64,000 nt of DNA from assembly GCA_963771355.1 (NCBI GenBank), contig CAVYTA010000006.1, positions 2,400,001 through 2,464,000 on the forward strand. Direction: 5' to 3'. A program made the translations under genes and the position numbers. A model generated the notes under the pieces. That model made no database searches. It was not told the origin of the DNA and saw only the letters and a list, made by a program, of their open reading frames with translations. This DNA comes from an uncultured Candidatus Rokubacteria bacterium. GTDB taxonomy: Bacteria > Methylomirabilota > Methylomirabilia > Rokubacteriales > CSP1-6. Below are positions 59,914-64,000 of this stretch, piece after piece (positions within the stretch are counted from its first letter, which is position 1; the number at the start of each line of letters is the position of its first letter).

Positions 59914-61673
59914 CGGATCTCTCCTTGTGGGACGCGCGTGCCGAGCTCGGCGGCGAGCTCGGACGCCACGTCGAGGGCGTGATGCGCGCGGTTGCGCTCG
60001 CGCCCCAGCGCGGCGAGCGAGAACTTGGTGAGGTCGGCGGTGGCGTCCATGCCGGGCAGCGCCCGGGCGCCCTGCAGGCCGGCGAGCGGCGGGATGCCGA
60101 CGGCCAGGTCATGGGCGAAGCGGTCGCCGCCGGTGAAGAGCAGCGGCACCAGCACGCGCGACAGGCGCATCAGGAGCCGGTTGGCGGCGGCGGTGTCCCC
60201 GCCGTCACCGGCGGCCAGGTGCGCGAGTCCCGGCGCCGCCGCGTCCAGGGCGGCGGCCAGGGCGCGGGCGGTGTCCACCAGCGGTGAGAGGTCCATGCGG
60301 CCGCCCGCCGCCGCGTGGAGATCCGCCGCGGTGTCCGCCACCGCGCGCGCAGCGCGGGCCGGCCCCAGCGGCAGCACCGGCGCATTGCAGAGCCGCAGCG
60401 CGGAGGCCACGAAGACCTTGGTGTCCTGGGCCAGCACCGCGCCGTCGAGCTTGTCGATGGTGTCCTCGCGCGTGTGCCACCACCAGGGGAAGCCGGACGT
60501 GCCGAAGAGCCGCTCGGTGGTCCGGCCGAACTCCGTATCTTGAGGCGGGAGCTGGGACATGGACATGAAGGCGCTGGGCAGCCCGATGCCCCAGAAGGAC
60601 TGGTCGCCCGCCCGCGAGAAATGCCGCGCCCGGCCCTGCTGGCCGGTCACGTCCGCCACCACCGACTCGGCGAAATCCGCCGCGTCCTCGGTGGCGTGGA
60701 AGACGGTGAAGTCGGTCGCGCCCCGGGCCCCGGTGGAATCCACGTTGAGGTGCAGGACCCCGTGGCGCTCGAGCTCGCGCCACGCGTGGTCCGCGTACCA
60801 CGCCGAGCCCGCGTAGCGCCCGTGCGAGTGGCCGGACCAGAAGGCCAGACGCAGCCCCCGGCGGAGCGCACCCCGATGCCGGCCCAGCAGCCGCGCGACC
60901 TCGAGCATGGTGGCGTTGGCGCTGCCGTTGTCCATGGCGCCGTGATGCCAGGCGTCCACATGGCCGGAAAAGAGGGTGAAGGCCTCCTCGGCTCCCGCGA
61001 GGTGCGCGGTGAGATGCGGGATGGGCATCCACTCCGTGCGCACCCGGGTGACGAGCCGCACGCGAAGCGGACCCTCCGCGAGCCGCGCGCGCAGGCGCTC
61101 CGCGTCCACCTTCTTGATCGAGCAGCACGGGAGCTTCGGGATGCGCCACGCGGTCTCCGGCGTGGGCGTACCCCAGATGGTGGTGACGATCATGTTGTGC
61201 AGATGGTCCAGGTTGGTGAAGACCTGGCCGACGGTGCCCGCCTCCTGCGCCGCCCACGCCTTCGCCGGGGTGGCGAAGCTGTCCACCAGGGCCAGCTTCC
61301 CCCGCGCGCCGGCGCGCGCGAGGGTCTCCCCCGCGCCGTCGCCACCATCCACCAGCTCGGCCTCGAGGCCCTCGGGGCCCGTGGAGGTGGAGAACGAGTG
61401 GGTGAGCGCCGGGAGCGCGGTGCCGTCGGGCAGCAGCACGCGGGATTCGAGCGGCAGCGAGATGAAGGCCTCGATCTCGCGCCGCTCCACCTCGAGGCCA
61501 TAGCCCTTCAGGCAGCTCTCGATGTAGTCGAAGGCGCGCGCCTCGCCCGGGCTGCCGGACTCGCGCTCCCAGCTGGCGATGGCGCGGGCATGGGCCATCA
61601 GCGACTCGGCGGACACCGCGGGCAGGAGAGACGGCTCCAGCGGGTCCGGCCAGCCCCAGTGGGCGCGCTTCAC
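59910..61673 (-). CDS. M28-family peptidase-like protein with PA domain and atypical active site
   Basis: GHVD, GAMDNGS, NVDS, WWHT..DT; FWSGHSHG in place of the usual GEE; GTGA overlap. Confidence 0.85.
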   Translation of the reverse strand: MKRAHWGWPDPLEPSLLPAVSAESLMAHARAIASWERESGSPGEARAFDYIESCLKGYGLEVERREIEAFISLPLESRVLLPDGTALPALTHSFSTSTGPEGLEAELVDGGDGAGETLARAGARGKLALVDSFATPAKAWAAQEAGTVGQVFTNLDHLHNMIVTTIWGTPTPETAWRIPKLPCCSIKKVDAERLRARLAEGPLRVRLVTRVRTEWMPIPHLTAHLAGAEEAFTLFSGHVDAWHHGAMDNGSANATMLEVARLLGRHRGALRRGLRLAFWSGHSHGRYAGSAWYADHAWRELERHGVLHLNVDSTGARGATDFTVFHATEDAADFAESVVADVTGQQGRARHFSRAGDQSFWGIGLPSAFMSMSQLPPQDTEFGRTTERLFGTSGFPWWWHTREDTIDKLDGAVLAQDTKVFVASALRLCNAPVLPLGPARAARAVADTAADLHAAAGGRMDLSPLVDTARALAAALDAAAPGLAHLAAGDGGDTAAANRLLMRLSRVLVPLLFTGGDRFAHDLAVGIPPLAGLQGARALPGMDATADLTKFSLAALGRERNRAHHALDVASELAAELGTRVPQGEIR

Positions 61674-62701
61674 GCGCGGCCTCCGCCGGCGAGGGCGACG
61701 AGCGGCTCGAGGTTGGCCCAGTCCATCTGCCGCCGGCCGTCCTCGAGATCGCGGATCAGCTCGATGAGCCGGCGGGTGAGCGGCATCTCCACGCCGAGGC
61801 TCTCGCCCTTCGCCACCAGCATGCCGAGCTGGCCGTCCACCTCGGTCTTGCGCTTGCGCACCGCGAGGTCGCGCCAGATGCCGGTCTTGGTCTTGGTGTG
61901 CGCGCGGTAGTGCGTGGCGATGGCGGTCATGGCGCGCTCGCGCGCGCCGGAGTCGCCGGCCAGGGCGGCGCGGTACCAGGCGGGGTCGAACTCGTCGAAG
62001 GGCTCGATGCGCACCCCCGCCTTGTCGGCCACCGCCATCCCCTCGCCCACGATGCCCACCAGCGCGTGCTGCACGCCGGGGCTCCGCTCCACCACCTCGT
62101 ACACGTGGGCGTCGACCACCGCGGTCCCGAAGAGGAGGGCGCCGTAGATGAGCTTGGCCCACTTGTAGCCCCAGATATTGTCGGTGACCGGCGTCTGCTC
62201 CACCGCGCTCAGCAGCGAGGCCAGCTCCTGGACGCGCGGGGTGATGCGGCCGTCGAGCTCGCCCAGCACGAAGGCGCCGTGACCGCCGTGGAGGATGCGC
62301 CCCGGCGCCACCCAGTCCGCGGCCCAGTTCACCAGGCAGCCGACGGTGCGCGCCGGCCCCACCGCGCGGGCGATCTGCTCCTCGCTGAGGCCGTTCTGGA
62401 GGGACACCACCGTGCCGCCCGCCGCCAGCCGCGGCACCAGGACGCCGAGCGCATCGCCGGTCTGATGGCTCTTCACCGCCAGCATCACCAGCTCCAGGCC
62501 GTGGCCGAGGTCCCCGGACAGCACCGCGCGCACGCGCGTGGTGGTGGCCTTGCCCTCGCGCTCCACGGTGAGGCCCTGAGCATTGATGGCCTCGACGTGG
62601 GGCGCATGGTTGTCCACGAGCAGAACGTCGTGGCCGGCTTCCGCCAGTGCCGCCCCGGTGGTGCCTCCGATCGCGCCCGCCCCGAAGATGGTGATGGTCA
62701 T
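61670..62701 (-). CDS. Ketopantoate reductase (PanE/ApbA) family oxidoreductase
   Basis: GAGAIG, AVKS, LQNG, WAKL, TEVD. Confidence 0.88.
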   Translation of the reverse strand: MTITIFGAGAIGGTTGAALAEAGHDVLLVDNHAPHVEAINAQGLTVEREGKATTTRVRAVLSGDLGHGLELVMLAVKSHQTGDALGVLVPRLAAGGTVVSLQNGLSEEQIARAVGPARTVGCLVNWAADWVAPGRILHGGHGAFVLGELDGRITPRVQELASLLSAVEQTPVTDNIWGYKWAKLIYGALLFGTAVVDAHVYEVVERSPGVQHALVGIVGEGMAVADKAGVRIEPFDEFDPAWYRAALAGDSGARERAMTAIATHYRAHTKTKTGIWRDLAVRKRKTEVDGQLGMLVAKGESLGVEMPLTRRLIELIRDLEDGRRQMDWANLEPLVALAGGGRA

Positions 62702-62711
62702 GATGCCCTCC

Positions 62712-62741
62712 GACCTAACACACGCGAGAGAGGCGGGTCAA
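62712..62741 (-). promoter_or_regulatory. Putative sigma70 promoter of the PanE-like operon
   Basis: TTGACC followed 17-18 nt later by TTAGGT/TAGGTC, then GGAGGG SD. Confidence 0.4.
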
Positions 62742-62746
62742 GCGCG

Positions 62747-64000
62747 TCACCCGACGCGGGACCGGCGCAGCGACGCCGCCGCCGTCTCCAGCGCGGCCAG
62801 CTCCCGCGCGTCCAGCTTCACGGCGCCGAAGCGCACGCGCTCGTAGCCCGCGGTCACTCCCTCGAGGGCGGGCGCCGCGCCGGGCAGAGCCCGCGCCGCG
62901 CGGGCGGCGAACTCGCGCGCGGTCTCCTCCGGGCCCGGCCGCAGCCCCTGCCGCGCGAGGGCGCGGAGCAGCCGCACGTAGAAGCGGGGCGGCGCCGTCG
63001 CCGCGCGCGCCGCCGGGCCGCCCCCGCGCCGCCGCCGGAGCCAGACGATGAAGACCGCCCCCGCCACCACCAGGACCGCGCCCGCCAGCGCCGCGCGCGG
63101 CGGCCGCCACGCGCGTAGCGCGGCGAGATCGAAGCGCCAGGTGGTCGCCTGGCGGCGGATGGTGGTGGCCACCTCGACCTGATCGCGCAGGCTCCAGTTG
63201 ACGACGTAGCGGTACCAGCGCAGCCGGAGCGCGTCCAGGTAGAGGGAGGCGCCGGTGGCGGCGGCCTCCGCTTCCGCGCGCGGAGAGGGATCGAGGCTCA
63301 CCCAGCCGGCGCCGGCAAGATACACCTCCACCCAGGAGTGGGCATCCCGCATGCGCACGGTGAAGTAGCGGCCGTACGGGTTCCACTCGCCGCGCTGGAA
63401 GCCGCCCACCACCCGCGCCGGGATGCCCAGGCTGCGTAGCATGACGGCGAGCGCGGCGGCGAAGTACTCGCAATTGCCCGAGCGGCTGTCGAAGAGGAAC
63501 TCCTCCAGCGGCGGCAGCGTGGTCTTGCGCTGGAGGTTCAGGGAGTAGCGATACTCGCGGGAGAGGTGCTCGGTGAGGCGCAGCGCGGTTTCATGGGCGT
63601 CGCGGCTTCCCGCGGTGACCTCGCGGGCGAGCGCGGCGATACGCGGGCCCATGGGGGGGAGCTGGAGATATCGGGCCAGCCCGGGCTCATCCGTCCTCCG
63701 TCGCGTCCCGCCCCGGAGGGCCCCCGGCGGGGGCGGGGTCTCCAGCTCCGAGTCGACTCGATAGTGCAAGCGCGCGGCGGGCGAGGGCACTGCGATGCTG
63801 CCCATGTCGTCCAGGGTGATCTCGGCGGCGCGGGTCTCGAGGCGCAGCGCGCGGGGGGCGGCGAAGATGATCTCGGTGCCGATCGGCTCCAGGAAGACCT
63901 CCTGGACGAGCAGCGGGCCGCGCCCGCGATAGGGGCCGACCCGGTATTCGCTCGCCGGCGAGCGGCGGAGGGTCACCCGGTGGGCCCGGCCCACCGACCA
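62747..64000 (-). CDS. TgpA-like transglutaminase domain membrane protein (5' end outside the window)
   Basis: GNCEYFA, GIPARVVGGF, AHSWVEVY, DPSP triad; C-terminal ETAREF...YERVRFG (DUF4129-like). Confidence 0.9.
   Translation of the reverse strand, partial: WSVGRAHRVTLRRSPASEYRVGPYRGRGPLLVQEVFLEPIGTEIIFAAPRALRLETRAAEITLDDMGSIAVPSPAARLHYRVDSELETPPPPGALRGGTRRRTDEPGLARYLQLPPMGPRIAALAREVTAGSRDAHETALRLTEHLSREYRYSLNLQRKTTLPPLEEFLFDSRSGNCEYFAAALAVMLRSLGIPARVVGGFQRGEWNPYGRYFTVRMRDAHSWVEVYLAGAGWVSLDPSPRAEAEAAATGASLYLDALRLRWYRYVVNWSLRDQVEVATTIRRQATTWRFDLAALRAWRPPRAALAGAVLVVAGAVFIVWLRRRRGGGPAARAATAPPRFYVRLLRALARQGLRPGPEETAREFAARAARALPGAAPALEGVTAGYERVRFGAVKLDARELAALETAAASLRRSRVG

Overview
GC-rich, gene-dense bacterial chromosomal window with about 63 CDS. 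Gene content and style suggest an uncultured soil lineage such as Ca. Rokubacteria/Methylomirabilota (inference only). It is dominated by catabolic and transport genes: two acyl-CoA/beta-oxidation clusters, three Dpp/Opp-type and one metal ABC module (none with an ATPase gene), hydrolases, GNATs, two MetE-core proteins (one MesD-like), LemA/TPM, DusB, PduO, GGT, a HerA-like ATPase and two class III nucleotide cyclases. No rRNA, tRNA, CRISPR array, transposase or phage genes were seen. Several small frameshifts, some in homopolymer runs, look like assembly errors. The most notable signals are: (1) a 113-bp MIRU-like repeat insertion at a TGATG gene junction that encodes a doubly coupled 37-aa peptide; (2) a PanE-like/M28-like/ABC/SDR operon whose enzymes have altered active-site motifs; (3) many leaderless-type starts and overlapping bidirectional -10 boxes; (4) a sigma54-type promoter in front of a small acidic protein; (5) a MesD-like gene without mesX; (6) an apparent ATT start codon. 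All product calls come from motif recognition by eye, not from database searches.
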